Program-made: the position numbers and the translations under genes
In this document: in pieces, positions 26,388 through 36,918 of the stretch
Numbering within the stretch: position 1 is the stretch's first letter
How the letters are laid out: the number at the start of each line of letters is the position of its first letter
Notes under the pieces: generated by a model
What the model was told of the DNA's origin: nothing
Databases searched by the model: none
Seen by the model: only the letters and a program-made list of their open reading frames with translations
Source: a virus
Lineage: Duplodnaviria; Heunggongvirae; Uroviricota; Caudoviricetes
Virus record (IMG/VR): IMGVR_UViG_3300043119_000732
Strand: one strand, 5' to 3'
Length of the DNA: 64,000 bases

Positions 26388-27815
26388 TTATCTACTTACC
26401 TCTTCCCAATCAACAGAACCGTAAACAACCTCAACATCAGTACTTGCTGTTACAGCAAGTGTTAGTTCATAAGATTCACCGGTAAAACTATTTCTCTCAA
26501 GTTGGAACTTAAATAAAGCTTCTTTCAATATATCTATTGTTGTAGAACCTTGAGCGTTAGAACTAAAGTAACCAGATGCTAGTACCCTACCACCTGTTAT
26601 ACTAGTGGCGTCAAGTTTATACTGTACAGAAGAGCTACCACCTGCATCTATCCATGTACCGGTACCACCTGCTGAAACACCACTAGCAATAACCTTCCAA
26701 CTATAAATACCTGTACCATCACCCATTAACGATATTGCTGTTAGAATGACAATAGCATCTAATCTACTTGGTCTCAATCTTATGGTTATTACAGGATAGT
26801 ATGTGCCTGCTGTAACAAGACTCTTTGGTGCGGTTATTAATGTACCAACAGATTGTTGTAAACCTCTTAATTCGTAACCACCTTCAGATATTACTGTGCT
26901 ACATACTTGCTTCAATTTACTAGGACTTGCTGTAGCAGCTTTATTTTCTATCTCATATCTAAGAGGTAGTGAAGCTGTAGTTATATAAGTGACATCAATT
27001 ACGTTAGCATGATGAAAATAGTGACAAGGTATAAACTGACCATTTATAATAAAGCCTGTTCTAACTGTACCTAAACCAAGCCACTCTATATCTACAAACA
27101 AAATTTGTGATTTAGTAATATCTAAAATAATACCTGATGGACCTGTACCATCAAGTCGATCTACATTCCATTGTGATTGTGATATACGATTAGATACAAC
27201 TGAACCGCTTGTAATGCTACGTTCAACCATATAAAGCGTACTATCATCTAATTCTAGATATATACCGTTATCATTACCAAAATAACCAGTGCGCTGTCTT
27301 AAATTAGATTTAGCTTGATTGAAACTAAATGAATTCATTATTTGAAGACTCTTACCCGGTTGATAAGAAAATACTTTTGTTGTCTCTCTATATATTTTTG
27401 AACCACTTAATGCATCGACTCTTAACTCTATTAATCCTTGAGCTTGAATAAATTGAGCAGAAGCAGATGTCGATGTAGTACCACCTGTAAGATTAGACCA
27501 AAGACTGTTATCACCATATCTAAATGATGAATCAAAAAGAGTTAATGGACTAGATGTTCTTGTACGACCAAACGCATCACTTGCCATATTCAAGTTACCG
27601 GTATAATTTGCAGTAGTGTTATCAACATTTTTAACCAGAACAGCGTATTTAGAATATACATCCATTGAACTAACTGGTTGTACCCCTACTGTATCAGGCG
27701 AACTAAATCGTACTACAGAAACAGGAGGGAATTGAGTATTGTTAGTTATTTGTATAAACTTATTATATTCTAAAGTCTGATAATTTACCACTACATTTGA
27801 ATCAAATGATCCCAT
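26388..27815 (-). CDS. hypothetical virion/structural-like protein
   Basis: 475 aa ORF, S/T/G-rich, convergent with the tRNA cluster. No diagnostic motif. Confidence 0.45.
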   Translation of the reverse strand: MGSFDSNVVVNYQTLEYNKFIQITNNTQFPPVSVVRFSSPDTVGVQPVSSMDVYSKYAVLVKNVDNTTANYTGNLNMASDAFGRTRTSSPLTLFDSSFRYGDNSLWSNLTGGTTSTSASAQFIQAQGLIELRVDALSGSKIYRETTKVFSYQPGKSLQIMNSFSFNQAKSNLRQRTGYFGNDNGIYLELDDSTLYMVERSITSGSVVSNRISQSQWNVDRLDGTGPSGIILDITKSQILFVDIEWLGLGTVRTGFIINGQFIPCHYFHHANVIDVTYITTASLPLRYEIENKAATASPSKLKQVCSTVISEGGYELRGLQQSVGTLITAPKSLVTAGTYYPVITIRLRPSRLDAIVILTAISLMGDGTGIYSWKVIASGVSAGGTGTWIDAGGSSSVQYKLDATSITGGRVLASGYFSSNAQGSTTIDILKEALFKFQLERNSFTGESYELTLAVTASTDVEVVYGSVDWEEVSR

Positions 27816-27879
27816 AGTATTATTTAATCAAATAACTAATAATATGTATTATTAGGTTAAAGTTCCACTAAATATACGT

Positions 27880-28425
27880 ATGAAGAAATTACTTACATTT
27901 ATAACTCTACTCATACTAGTTATATCTTTAAGCTCATGCTCAAAGAAATCTACTAATGCTTTACCTTATACAAACGACTCTATACCTGCGTACTTTATAG
28001 ATACACAATGGAAATTGTTATCAAAAGTTCAGAACAGCGGATCATTTCCTTTTACTGGTGATAAAGACTACGCTGTTGTTAATTATGATTGGTTATTTGA
28101 ATTTTATGAAGTATGGAGAGATGAAATATTTGCGCAGAATGTTATAAAATGGGATGATAAATTTGATTGTAACAAATTTGCAACATCTTATATTGCTCGA
28201 GCACAGATCGAATATTTTAAAATAACATGGGGAAATAATAAACCTCAAGCTCTCGCTTTAGCAGAAATATGGTTTACAGAAAAGGAAACAAAAACAGCAA
28301 AATATAATCATGCTATAGTTGCTGCATTAACTAATAAAGGTTTAGTATTTTTTGAACCTCAGACTGGAAAACAAATAATACTAACAGAAAAACAACAGGC
28401 AAGTATCTATTTGAAAAAGTTCTAA
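27880..28425 (+). CDS. putative lipoprotein
   Basis: N-terminal signal peptide with lipobox LSSC (MKKLLTFITLLILVISLSSCSKK). Confidence 0.55.
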   Translation: MKKLLTFITLLILVISLSSCSKKSTNALPYTNDSIPAYFIDTQWKLLSKVQNSGSFPFTGDKDYAVVNYDWLFEFYEVWRDEIFAQNVIKWDDKFDCNKFATSYIARAQIEYFKITWGNNKPQALALAEIWFTEKETKTAKYNHAIVAALTNKGLVFFEPQTGKQIILTEKQQASIYLKKF

Positions 28426-28443
28426 ATATAGTAAATAACATAT

Positions 28444-28896
28444 ATGGTAAAGTTTAACAATCAGAGCCTGGCTATAGTACCTAGAACACAAGGATCGAGT
28501 GTACCGCCACCTCTAGGAAGAACAACACCACCAGGTGGTTTAAAAAAATTTAAGATAGCTCTTAATAAAGATATAGATACACGCCCTTATTTGCTTGTAA
28601 AAGGAGCTTATATTGATGATGGACTAGATTTTAGTGGTAGATATTACTTACAAAGTGGTCTAACCAATGAGAAACCTTTTTATAAAAATAACGACGGTAC
28701 TGTAACTATATTTTGGAGATTCTATCCAGATCCACCTATAGAAGAGAGACCAGGTTTTTGGACTATAGGGGATTTAATAGATTCTCAGACACTGGACGGA
28801 AATAGTCCTGAATCAAATGTATGGAACGTATATGAATGGTTCCTTGCTTCTGGTGGTTACCCTATGCCAATAACAATAACAAGAGTGGGTCTATAA
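28444..28896 (+). CDS. hypothetical protein
   Basis: 150 aa ORF. Confidence 0.4.
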   Translation: MVKFNNQSLAIVPRTQGSSVPPPLGRTTPPGGLKKFKIALNKDIDTRPYLLVKGAYIDDGLDFSGRYYLQSGLTNEKPFYKNNDGTVTIFWRFYPDPPIEERPGFWTIGDLIDSQTLDGNSPESNVWNVYEWFLASGGYPMPITITRVGL

Positions 28897-28914
28897 ATAT
28901 TATTATTATTACAA

Positions 28915-29529
28915 ATGCAACACTATTTAAAAGAATTACAAAGACAACCATACTATTCTTCTGGAAAGACAATAGCAATACCACGTAGTTTGCAACAAAA
29001 GTTAGCGTTTGATGCTGCTGCACAATTTGAAGCTGAGCAACGTACTATTTTTGAAAAAAGAAGAGCAGAATATGATCTATTAGAAAAACATGGTGGAGAT
29101 TTAAACGCTGGTGATTCTAATAAGAGAGTGATACCACCGCCTAGTCTTATATCTTACACATACACAGTAACACTTGCTCAGGCTGGAAATGATACTAGGA
29201 TGACTGAACAATACTTTACTTTAGAAATTGGTATACCAGGGGTAATTTGGGGAATTTCATTAGGTTGGGATGGTAGTGGCGCTATAGAACCAGTACCAGG
29301 TGCAGAAGATTATTACATTGCTGACCCTGGAGATGTAAGTGATAGTGATTTTACAAATAGAATACAAAGCATCGTAGGTACAATCAATACATATTCTGAA
29401 GGTTACGGGTATACCGCAACCTTCTTAGTCGGAAGCGCAGGCGTGGGCTCTTTTAAGATTACACCAACAAATGATGTAGTTAGGTCATCTCCTACGGCTA
29501 GTGTAGGTACCTGGGCTGTATCAACTTAA
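28915..29529 (+). CDS. hypothetical protein
   Basis: 204 aa ORF. Confidence 0.4.
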   Translation: MQHYLKELQRQPYYSSGKTIAIPRSLQQKLAFDAAAQFEAEQRTIFEKRRAEYDLLEKHGGDLNAGDSNKRVIPPPSLISYTYTVTLAQAGNDTRMTEQYFTLEIGIPGVIWGISLGWDGSGAIEPVPGAEDYYIADPGDVSDSDFTNRIQSIVGTINTYSEGYGYTATFLVGSAGVGSFKITPTNDVVRSSPTASVGTWAVST

Positions 29530-29571
29530 AGTTAACATTGCGGGTTTTCTTACAAGTGAATAAATATTAAC

Positions 29572-29868
29572 ATGTCATTTACAAATCTAAACCTTTGTTA
29601 TTCATTTAATCTTATAGCAACAACAGCATTAAAGAAACTGTCTAGCTTTGAATGTAGTGAAATCCTTATAACTAATAAAACAGGTCAAGATATTATTATA
29701 TATGATGCTAATACTACTGACGCTAGTAGATCCTTTCTTTTAGGTAGCCTTGAAGGTGTAGTATTTAGAGGTATTACTAATAGTGATCAATTAAGTGTAT
29801 TAACTACAGCAGGTTCAGGTACAATATATTGTCGCACTGCATATTATAGTAATTTAAATCAGAGATGA
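29572..29868 (+). CDS. hypothetical protein
   Basis: 98 aa ORF that overlaps the next gene by 4 nt. Confidence 0.35.
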   Translation: MSFTNLNLCYSFNLIATTALKKLSSFECSEILITNKTGQDIIIYDANTTDASRSFLLGSLEGVVFRGITNSDQLSVLTTAGSGTIYCRTAYYSNLNQR

Positions 29869-31658
29869 GAATATTTCCTACAGTACCGGGATTTAATGGT
29901 CTAAGCTTTAACAATACCGATGGTGGTATTGGTTACGATGACTATCTTTCTTTAGATTTAAATTTTGCTCTAACAAAAACGTTAGAACCTAGAGTAACAT
30001 TCTCACGCTCAAGTGGAGCAACAAACATCGGCCCTGCAGGTTTGGTTGAGTGGGCTCCTGAGAATCTACTAACACGAAGCGGGGAGTTTAATACCGCGCC
30101 TTGGGCTACATTAAACGGAACTGCGACACCAACTACCGTCTTAGATCCTACCGACGGTCTTGCTGCCTATAGTTTTGTAGAAAACACCGCGAGTGGTAAT
30201 CATCAAATTTTTCAGACACTAAACACCGCCATAGGTGTTCAAACTTTTTCGATCTTTATTAAAGCTGCGGGGCGGACTAGCTGCCAACTTTTGTTGTTTA
30301 ACGCCACTAATGGCAGCTTTGGAAGAGTAAACGTAGACCTAAGCACGGGCGCTTTAAGCTCGGTTATTGGTAGTGCGTCTGTGCAGCAGTTTTCAAACGA
30401 TTGGTGGAGGGTATCCGTTACCGGGACTTCCACTGTTTTGGCTTCAAGTGTAAACATACTCCTTGTTAATAATGATACCACTTCTTATACAGGTAATGGG
30501 GTGTCGGGAGTTTTACTTTATGGTGCACAGATTCAAAGGGGTACATCACCAACTGCATATATAATAACAACTACCTCTGCTGTGTATGGCCCACGATTTG
30601 CACATAATCCCGTTACGCTTGCGTCTCAAGGCCTGCTTATCGAGGAGGCGCGGACAAACCTTTTTGCCAGAAGCGAAGAGTTTAGTGACGCCTACTGGAC
30701 AAAAACAAGGTTGTCGATTTCTGCAAATGCTACAACAGCACCAGACGGGGTGGTTACGGCGGACAAGTTGGTTGAGGACACGTCAACAGGTAGCCATGAA
30801 ATTAGCCGAGCAATAAATGTAACATCTGGGCAAGCATACACGTTTTCTATTTTCATAAAGAAGGCTGAACGATCACGCGTCTCAATGGAGCTTCCGTTTA
30901 GCTTCCCAGCGGGGGCTTCTGCTGTTTTTGACGCGGACGCTGGGACGGTTGTTTCAACGGGGGCGGCTGCAACGGCGTCCATTAGTGCTCTACCCAATGG
31001 GTTTTATCGCTGCGTTCTAACCGCAACAGCAAATGCAACAGCAACCGGAACGCTATACTTAAAGCTGGTTGACACCGGAACTAATACCAGTTACACGGGC
31101 GACGGAACTAGCGGCCTTTTTATTTGGGGAGCGGGCGCGGAAGCAGGGTCGTTCGTAACTTCTTACATCGCTACAACCACCGCATCAGCCACCCGCGCCG
31201 CCGACGTGGCCACGATTACGGGCCCCAACTTCTCATCATGGTTTAAGCAGGCAGCTGGAACCATAGCAGTTAATTATGCCCCGCCACCTATTCCGTTTCC
31301 TTCGTCGCCTCGTTTTGAGTCCGTCTTTAGATTTGGCCCTAGCGCCGAACGCTGGGGCTTACTCAATGGCGGCAGCACTTTGAATTATCAAACTCAGGTT
31401 TTTCGAGGTGGCGTGTTTATCGGATCTAGCGCGGCAGTTCCGCAGTCGTCCAGCATGGCGTATGCCTTTGCGTGGGATGTGTCTGGGCATGCACAATCAT
31501 ACAATGCGACTGCCGCTACGACTAGCTCAGTTTCGCCGACGACAAACGTAAACACGGAGCTTTTGATCGGCACCAGCAATTTGTGCGGCACCATTGCTCG
31601 TATCCGTTTTTACAACCGCCGCTTACCCAACGCTAGCATTCAAATTATCTCAACATGA
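29865..31658 (+). CDS. tail fiber / receptor-binding-like protein with two repeated beta-sandwich-like domains; compositionally foreign (GC-rich) core
   Basis: 597 aa. Two homologous modules (…TASGNHQIFQTL…QTFSIFIKAAGRTSCQ… and …TSTGSHEISRAI…AYTFSIFIKKAERSRV…). GC content rises sharply from about 30000 to 31650 compared with the AT-rich flanks. Confidence 0.5.
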   Translation: MRIFPTVPGFNGLSFNNTDGGIGYDDYLSLDLNFALTKTLEPRVTFSRSSGATNIGPAGLVEWAPENLLTRSGEFNTAPWATLNGTATPTTVLDPTDGLAAYSFVENTASGNHQIFQTLNTAIGVQTFSIFIKAAGRTSCQLLLFNATNGSFGRVNVDLSTGALSSVIGSASVQQFSNDWWRVSVTGTSTVLASSVNILLVNNDTTSYTGNGVSGVLLYGAQIQRGTSPTAYIITTTSAVYGPRFAHNPVTLASQGLLIEEARTNLFARSEEFSDAYWTKTRLSISANATTAPDGVVTADKLVEDTSTGSHEISRAINVTSGQAYTFSIFIKKAERSRVSMELPFSFPAGASAVFDADAGTVVSTGAAATASISALPNGFYRCVLTATANATATGTLYLKLVDTGTNTSYTGDGTSGLFIWGAGAEAGSFVTSYIATTTASATRAADVATITGPNFSSWFKQAAGTIAVNYAPPPIPFPSSPRFESVFRFGPSAERWGLLNGGSTLNYQTQVFRGGVFIGSSAAVPQSSSMAYAFAWDVSGHAQSYNATAATTSSVSPTTNVNTELLIGTSNLCGTIARIRFYNRRLPNASIQIIST

Positions 31659-31900
31659 ACGATTATTGCCTAAAATTTAATTCAGAAGATACATTTATTG
31701 GTATATTACAATCTATTAGTAACCTTGACACTGTAGGAAGTGTAAGCTTCAATCATAAATATGCATTTGATGTTATCGGCAACATCGACGGTGTTGTTGG
31801 GTGGCATGTTAATTTACGTATAATAGATGGTTCAGAACTACCTGAAGTATTTCAGCAATACACCATTACACCAGCAACACCGTGTAGGGTTTGGCTATAA
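31655..31900 (+). CDS. hypothetical protein
   Basis: 81 aa ORF overlapping the previous stop. Confidence 0.3.
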   Translation: MNDYCLKFNSEDTFIGILQSISNLDTVGSVSFNHKYAFDVIGNIDGVVGWHVNLRIIDGSELPEVFQQYTITPATPCRVWL

Positions 31901-31955
31901 TATTTTTAAATCGCGGGAACTTTAATAATATGTTTTTACAACCAAACATATTATT

Positions 31956-32945
31956 ATGGCTCACCATATTACAAAACGAGACAAACAACAAGGCATCAAG
32001 CAAGCTTGGCATGGTCTGACGCAAGTATTAGAACATATCGATCTTGATAATTGCTTTTTATCTGAATGGGAGATTAAATCATCTCGTCTATTCATTGGTG
32101 ATGGTATTGAAACCGATTTTTATATTCTGACTGCAACCGATGATAATAAAGTTATCGGTAAGCCGTTTGCAGAAACTTATAAGCCTATCTCGAATACGCA
32201 GTTTTTGAAGATGATCAAAGATGTGCTTAAAGAGATCGATGGTGCAAAGATTGAATCGGTGGGTTCAGTTTGTAATCGAGGAAGGGTATTTGTATCTATC
32301 TCTCTAAAAGATACATCAGTTTATAAAATCGGTAACAGAGAGTTTAACGACTACTTAAACTTTGGTAATGGTCATGACCAGTCATCTGTTCTCTGGGCAA
32401 ATAATACAAATATATGCACGGTATGCAATAACACATTCTCTGCAAATCTCAATAATAAATCTGGAGATATCAATCTCAGAATCCCTCACAAAGGTAACAT
32501 TGAAGTAAGAATTGAAAACTTTAAAGAGGTTATTGATATTCATCTAGGCTCACAAGCTAATTTCAAGCTTGAATTTGAACGATTGATGGCTGAACCACTT
32601 ACACAGCGTGATGCAAAATATCTATTTACTGGCTGGTTGAACCGTACAACACCTGAAAAAGAACCCTCTACAAAGTTCTTGAACAAGGTAAATCGTCTTA
32701 CTGAACTATTCTCATCTGGTGCTGGTAATCGTGGTGAAAATTGTGCTGATGCATTTAGCGCTGTAACAGACTATTATACTCATGAATCAACACGCGGTAG
32801 TGGTGTTAACGTTGGTGCACAGTTTGTATCATCTGAGTTTGGTCTTGGACGCGCTGCCAAGAATAACTTCTGGGATGTAATCACCGACAAAGATCTAACA
32901 GCTGATTATATTAGCTCAGGAAGTAATATACTTTCTAAGGTATGA
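31956..32945 (+). CDS. hypothetical protein
   Basis: 329 aa ORF. Confidence 0.45.
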   Translation: MAHHITKRDKQQGIKQAWHGLTQVLEHIDLDNCFLSEWEIKSSRLFIGDGIETDFYILTATDDNKVIGKPFAETYKPISNTQFLKMIKDVLKEIDGAKIESVGSVCNRGRVFVSISLKDTSVYKIGNREFNDYLNFGNGHDQSSVLWANNTNICTVCNNTFSANLNNKSGDINLRIPHKGNIEVRIENFKEVIDIHLGSQANFKLEFERLMAEPLTQRDAKYLFTGWLNRTTPEKEPSTKFLNKVNRLTELFSSGAGNRGENCADAFSAVTDYYTHESTRGSGVNVGAQFVSSEFGLGRAAKNNFWDVITDKDLTADYISSGSNILSKV

Positions 32946-32978
32946 TAAAACGCATTTGGATAATATGGGTTAAAACAA

Positions 32979-33113
32979 TGGGTAATAAAATAAGCGAAGA
33001 TGATAGAGAAGCAGATATTGCTGCTATTATCAGAACGTTCTGGTGGTTAGTACATATTATTACATGCTTTTTTATTATCGCAAATAATGGAAGAAATCTT
33101 AAGCTATGGTAAA
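32979..33113 (+). CDS. possible small membrane peptide (44 aa)
   Basis: ATG-initiated ORF with a hydrophobic core (FWWLVHIITCFFIIA). Not in the ORF track because it is under 60 aa. Confidence 0.2.
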
Positions 33114-33426
33114 AGAAAATAAACCTGCTACATATCTATTTCTAGACCCTGATTATAAGAGATTTGTATTTGAAACATGGAAGAAATGTATAGATGAAGG
33201 TTGGTCATCTCAGGATGCACGCGAATACGCAAATATGCTTTGGAACGAAAATAAAATATCAATATGAGTAAAAAAGATATATACTTAATGTGGTCTCTCT
33301 AAAAGTAGAAAAAACAAATCTACCTATAGATCTCACGTTTAGAGGAAAAATGGAGAGATTGGATTACAAAAATACAATCTTTGGATTACTTGTATTAATG
33401 AGCCTGCTAAATAATTATTCAAATTT

Positions 33427-33711
33427 ATGAACAAAGACAATTCACAAGAAAAAAATAGTTTCGCAAAACAAAAAAGATTTGCCTCACATGGATTTAAACG
33501 CATACTTAAACGTATGATAGAGTCTATGGTGGTTTACAACATAGACTATCGTAAGAATGAGTTAAAAGCTCATGAAATGCGAGATCTTGCAAAATATTTT
33601 GCAGTTAAAATCGATACAAGCAATTCTAAGAGTCGAGAGAGTACTGGAGTGGTAGCTGTTCTTGAAAAAATAGATTCTTTAAATACTAAAGCTACTAAGA
33701 AATCTAAATGA
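33427..33711 (+). CDS. hypothetical protein
   Basis: 94 aa ORF. Confidence 0.4.
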   Translation: MNKDNSQEKNSFAKQKRFASHGFKRILKRMIESMVVYNIDYRKNELKAHEMRDLAKYFAVKIDTSNSKSRESTGVVAVLEKIDSLNTKATKKSK

Positions 33712-34097
33712 GATTTACGCAAAAAGTTACAGATGATGCAGTTAAGGACTGTTTAACGGTTGTACCTCCTAATGAATACATAGTTACACTAGTTAATTGT
33801 ACATCTAGAATCGATGATTTTGTTGCAAGTGTTACAGGTAACCCTTATGTAAAAGGTAGCACTTTTTACATGTTAACTAAGCAAGAGATCATACAAAAAC
33901 ATAAGCAGATTTTTATTCAAAATAAAAAAACTAAAGATGTGTTTCAAGGTGTATATGCTCGATCCCTTTTAGGTATATCTGAAGAAACTACAAGAGTAAC
34001 ACCACTACATACCGTAGATTACGATATCTTTATTCAGAGCACATCTTTAAATAGGAAACTTGTATCTGGTACAAAAGTACTTATCATAACCGGATGA
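33708..34097 (+). CDS. hypothetical protein
   Basis: 129 aa ORF. Confidence 0.4.
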   Translation: MRFTQKVTDDAVKDCLTVVPPNEYIVTLVNCTSRIDDFVASVTGNPYVKGSTFYMLTKQEIIQKHKQIFIQNKKTKDVFQGVYARSLLGISEETTRVTPLHTVDYDIFIQSTSLNRKLVSGTKVLIITG

Positions 34098-34507
34098 AAT
34101 ATACACCAGAGAATGTTAATAGGTTAGAACCGAATCAGGTGTTTGTATTCGGTTCTAACCTCGCTGGTAGGCACGGAAAGGGTGCTGCTAAAATTGCACT
34201 TAATAAATATGGTGCAAGATATGGTGTAGGTAGAGGATTACAAGGGCAATCTTATGCTTTACCTACAAAAGACTTTGAAGTAAATACATTATCTCTTGTA
34301 GATATAGAAGCGGAGATCTTTACTTTCTTGAATTTCGCTGACAATAATAGACAGTATGAATTTATTGTTACTAAGATAGGCTGTGGATTAGCTGGTTATA
34401 AAGTGGAACAAATTGCAAAGCTTTTTGCAAAGTGGTGTATTCCAATTAATGTAATCCTTCCAGAGGAATTCTGGAAGGTAATTTTAGAAACAGGAAATAC
34501 AATATAA
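34094..34507 (+). CDS. hypothetical protein with Gly-rich nucleotide-binding-like motif (macro-domain-like?)
   Basis: VFVFGSNLAGRHGKGAAKIALNKYG loosely resembles the macro-domain NAAN…GGGV…AI signature. Weak call. Confidence 0.35.
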   Translation: MKYTPENVNRLEPNQVFVFGSNLAGRHGKGAAKIALNKYGARYGVGRGLQGQSYALPTKDFEVNTLSLVDIEAEIFTFLNFADNNRQYEFIVTKIGCGLAGYKVEQIAKLFAKWCIPINVILPEEFWKVILETGNTI

Positions 34508-34508
34508 T

Positions 34509-34697
34509 ATGCAAATTACAAAAACTAAAACAATTAAATTAGTCGCAGATACTGGTTCAGAACATATCGAGTATGTTATAACAACAAACCCTGATAATAA
34601 TAAGTATGTCAATCTATCCAGTGATGATGCTACTATAACTGTACCTGTACAAGCACTATATAATTTAAGTCAAGCTCTACAAGAATTTGAATGTTGA
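34509..34697 (+). CDS. hypothetical small protein
   Basis: 62 aa ORF. Confidence 0.3.
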   Translation: MQITKTKTIKLVADTGSEHIEYVITTNPDNNKYVNLSSDDATITVPVQALYNLSQALQEFEC

Positions 34698-34700
34698 TGT

Positions 34701-35000
34701 ATGAACCAACAAGAACAAAACTTAGCCATCACTCACGCCTGCGGGTGGAAGTTTCTGAAGCACCGAGAAGACTATAGTTGGTATCACTCCGGTAGCGGAG
34801 GTTATCTAAAAGAACCACCGGATTATTTCAACAGTCTGGATGCCATGCACGAGGCGGAGAAGGTGCTCGATCCTATGCAACGTGAACGATACCGAACAGA
34901 ACTTGTTTATGTTCTTGCAGGTGCAGATATATTTGCCACCGCCACCCAACGCGCCGAGGCTTTTCTTAAAACTTTAAATCTTTGGGAGGATGGTAAATGA
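34701..35000 (+). CDS. hypothetical protein (GC-richer segment)
   Basis: 99 aa ORF with locally elevated GC. Confidence 0.4.
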   Translation: MNQQEQNLAITHACGWKFLKHREDYSWYHSGSGGYLKEPPDYFNSLDAMHEAEKVLDPMQRERYRTELVYVLAGADIFATATQRAEAFLKTLNLWEDGK

Positions 35001-35311
35001 CAAAAGAACCTAAATATAGTTGTCCGCATCTCGATGAGGCTATCAGTGCAGCTGAACAAGCAGCTAATACAGTAAGGCATGAAGTAGAAAAGGCACGAAG
35101 TATTCATGAAGAATTACGGGAATGGGGACGTGAATGGGAAGTAGAAGCTGGAAGACTTGAAAGCAAGTTAAGTGATGTTACCGATGAACGTGATAAACTT
35201 GATGAAGAAAATAGTGAACTGAGAAGTCAAATAGAAAAATTAGAGCAAGCTCTTGCTCAAGCCGAAGCTGAAATTATTGAACACTCAAATTATGTTCAAG
35301 TCACGGCTTAA
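34997..35311 (+). CDS. hypothetical coiled-coil protein
   Basis: 104 aa. Heptad-like EELREW…KLEQALAQAEAEIIEH. Confidence 0.4.
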   Translation: MTKEPKYSCPHLDEAISAAEQAANTVRHEVEKARSIHEELREWGREWEVEAGRLESKLSDVTDERDKLDEENSELRSQIEKLEQALAQAEAEIIEHSNYVQVTA

Positions 35312-35343
35312 AAATGTAACCTGGAACAATATTATTATACATT

Positions 35344-36918
35344 ATGCTACAATTCAATAAAGTAAATGCTACCCCTGCTAAACTCGATCAATGGGTTCAA
35401 CTTGGTGTAAATGTTCTTCTTATTGGCGAGAAGGGTGTTGGCAAGACACAGCGCGTTATAGATGCATTTAAACGCAATAATCTTAAGTTTGCTTATTTTT
35501 CTGGTTCTACTCTTGATCCTTGGATTCATTTGATTGGTATCCCAAAAGTAAGAGGTGCAGAAGGTCAAGAGAAGATGGATTTTATTCTACCTTCTAACCT
35601 TGATGAAGATATTGAAGCATTATTTATTGACGAATATAATAGAACTCATAAACTTGTAAAGAACGCTCTTCTTGAGCTTCAACAGTTTAAGTCAATTAAC
35701 GGTCGTAAGTTTCCTAAGCTTAAGATGGTTTGGGCTGCTATTAATCCACCTAAGTCTGATAGCGATGCTAACTCACAAGACTATGATGTAGAGCAACTTG
35801 ATCCTGCACAACTCGACCGTTTTCATGTTATTGTTGAGCTTCCAAATGCTCCTGATAAGAAATACTTTGTAGATAAGTATGGTGATCATCATGGTAATAT
35901 TCTTATTAACTGGTGGAAAGATCAATCAGATGATGCTAAGAAGATTCTAAGTCCTCGTAGATTAGATTATATTGGAGAGTTTTTCAATAAAGGAGGAGAT
36001 GTATATGATCTTCTACCGGTATCAGCTAATACAAAAGATCTTGTAACTAAACTTGCTACCAAGAAAGAAGACGCATTGTTACATAGTGTATTTGCTAATC
36101 CTACAGAAGATGTAATGAAGCTATTCTTACTCGGTGATCAGAACTATCTCAAGTATAAGGATAAGTTGAATGAGCCTCGTTTCTGGAAATTCCATAAATA
36201 CCTCAAGCAAGAGTATATCTGTGCTAATATAAAGAATAGTGGTATTTATAAGAACTATGCTATATTACAGGGGTTAAAGAAGGATGTAACCTTTACTGCT
36301 GCAATTACAGCGGTATCAAATTCAACTATGAATAATGATTTATTAAAGGTTCTTAAGCTACTAGAAGCGCAAAATCTCGATATTAGTAAGTTTGAGATTA
36401 CAACTCAATCTACCAACAACCTACTTACATCTTTACCACCTTCAGTCACAACAAACGATTTATTCTCAGTTAATCCTGCTATATTAGTAGCAGGCAAAAC
36501 TAAGAAGATAGATTTTACTGTATATAGAAGTCTAGGTACTAACGTTTATATAAGTCTAATGGAGGACTTAGTTAAGTCTTGGAGTAATGTACCCAATCAT
36601 TATGATGTAATTAACTTTACATGTACTATGGTTGGATCGTTTCAAACCACCACATTTACTAAATATAAATCTAAACTACTACCTCTAATTGGTACATGCT
36701 GTATGTTAGCTAAACAAAAGCTAAATACAGATGAGCAAAAGCAAATAAGATCCCAGATACATATTAATAAGGCTAAGATTGGAGATACACACTATAACGA
36801 ATTTATAAACTATTTACGGGGTGATTCAGATGAAACGAGTGTTATTATATCTGAAGACTTTGAAAAGAAAGTAAACGAGGCTAGTATGCTTGTTGCTCTA
36901 TCTTCTAATATAAAATGA
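35344..36918 (+). CDS. AAA+ ATPase, MoxR/CbbQ/CobS-like (AAA_5 family)
   Basis: Walker A LLIGEKGVGKTQ. Walker B ALFIDE. 524 aa. Followed directly by VWA-domain proteins. Confidence 0.6.
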   Translation: MLQFNKVNATPAKLDQWVQLGVNVLLIGEKGVGKTQRVIDAFKRNNLKFAYFSGSTLDPWIHLIGIPKVRGAEGQEKMDFILPSNLDEDIEALFIDEYNRTHKLVKNALLELQQFKSINGRKFPKLKMVWAAINPPKSDSDANSQDYDVEQLDPAQLDRFHVIVELPNAPDKKYFVDKYGDHHGNILINWWKDQSDDAKKILSPRRLDYIGEFFNKGGDVYDLLPVSANTKDLVTKLATKKEDALLHSVFANPTEDVMKLFLLGDQNYLKYKDKLNEPRFWKFHKYLKQEYICANIKNSGIYKNYAILQGLKKDVTFTAAITAVSNSTMNNDLLKVLKLLEAQNLDISKFEITTQSTNNLLTSLPPSVTTNDLFSVNPAILVAGKTKKIDFTVYRSLGTNVYISLMEDLVKSWSNVPNHYDVINFTCTMVGSFQTTTFTKYKSKLLPLIGTCCMLAKQKLNTDEQKQIRSQIHINKAKIGDTHYNEFINYLRGDSDETSVIISEDFEKKVNEASMLVALSSNIK

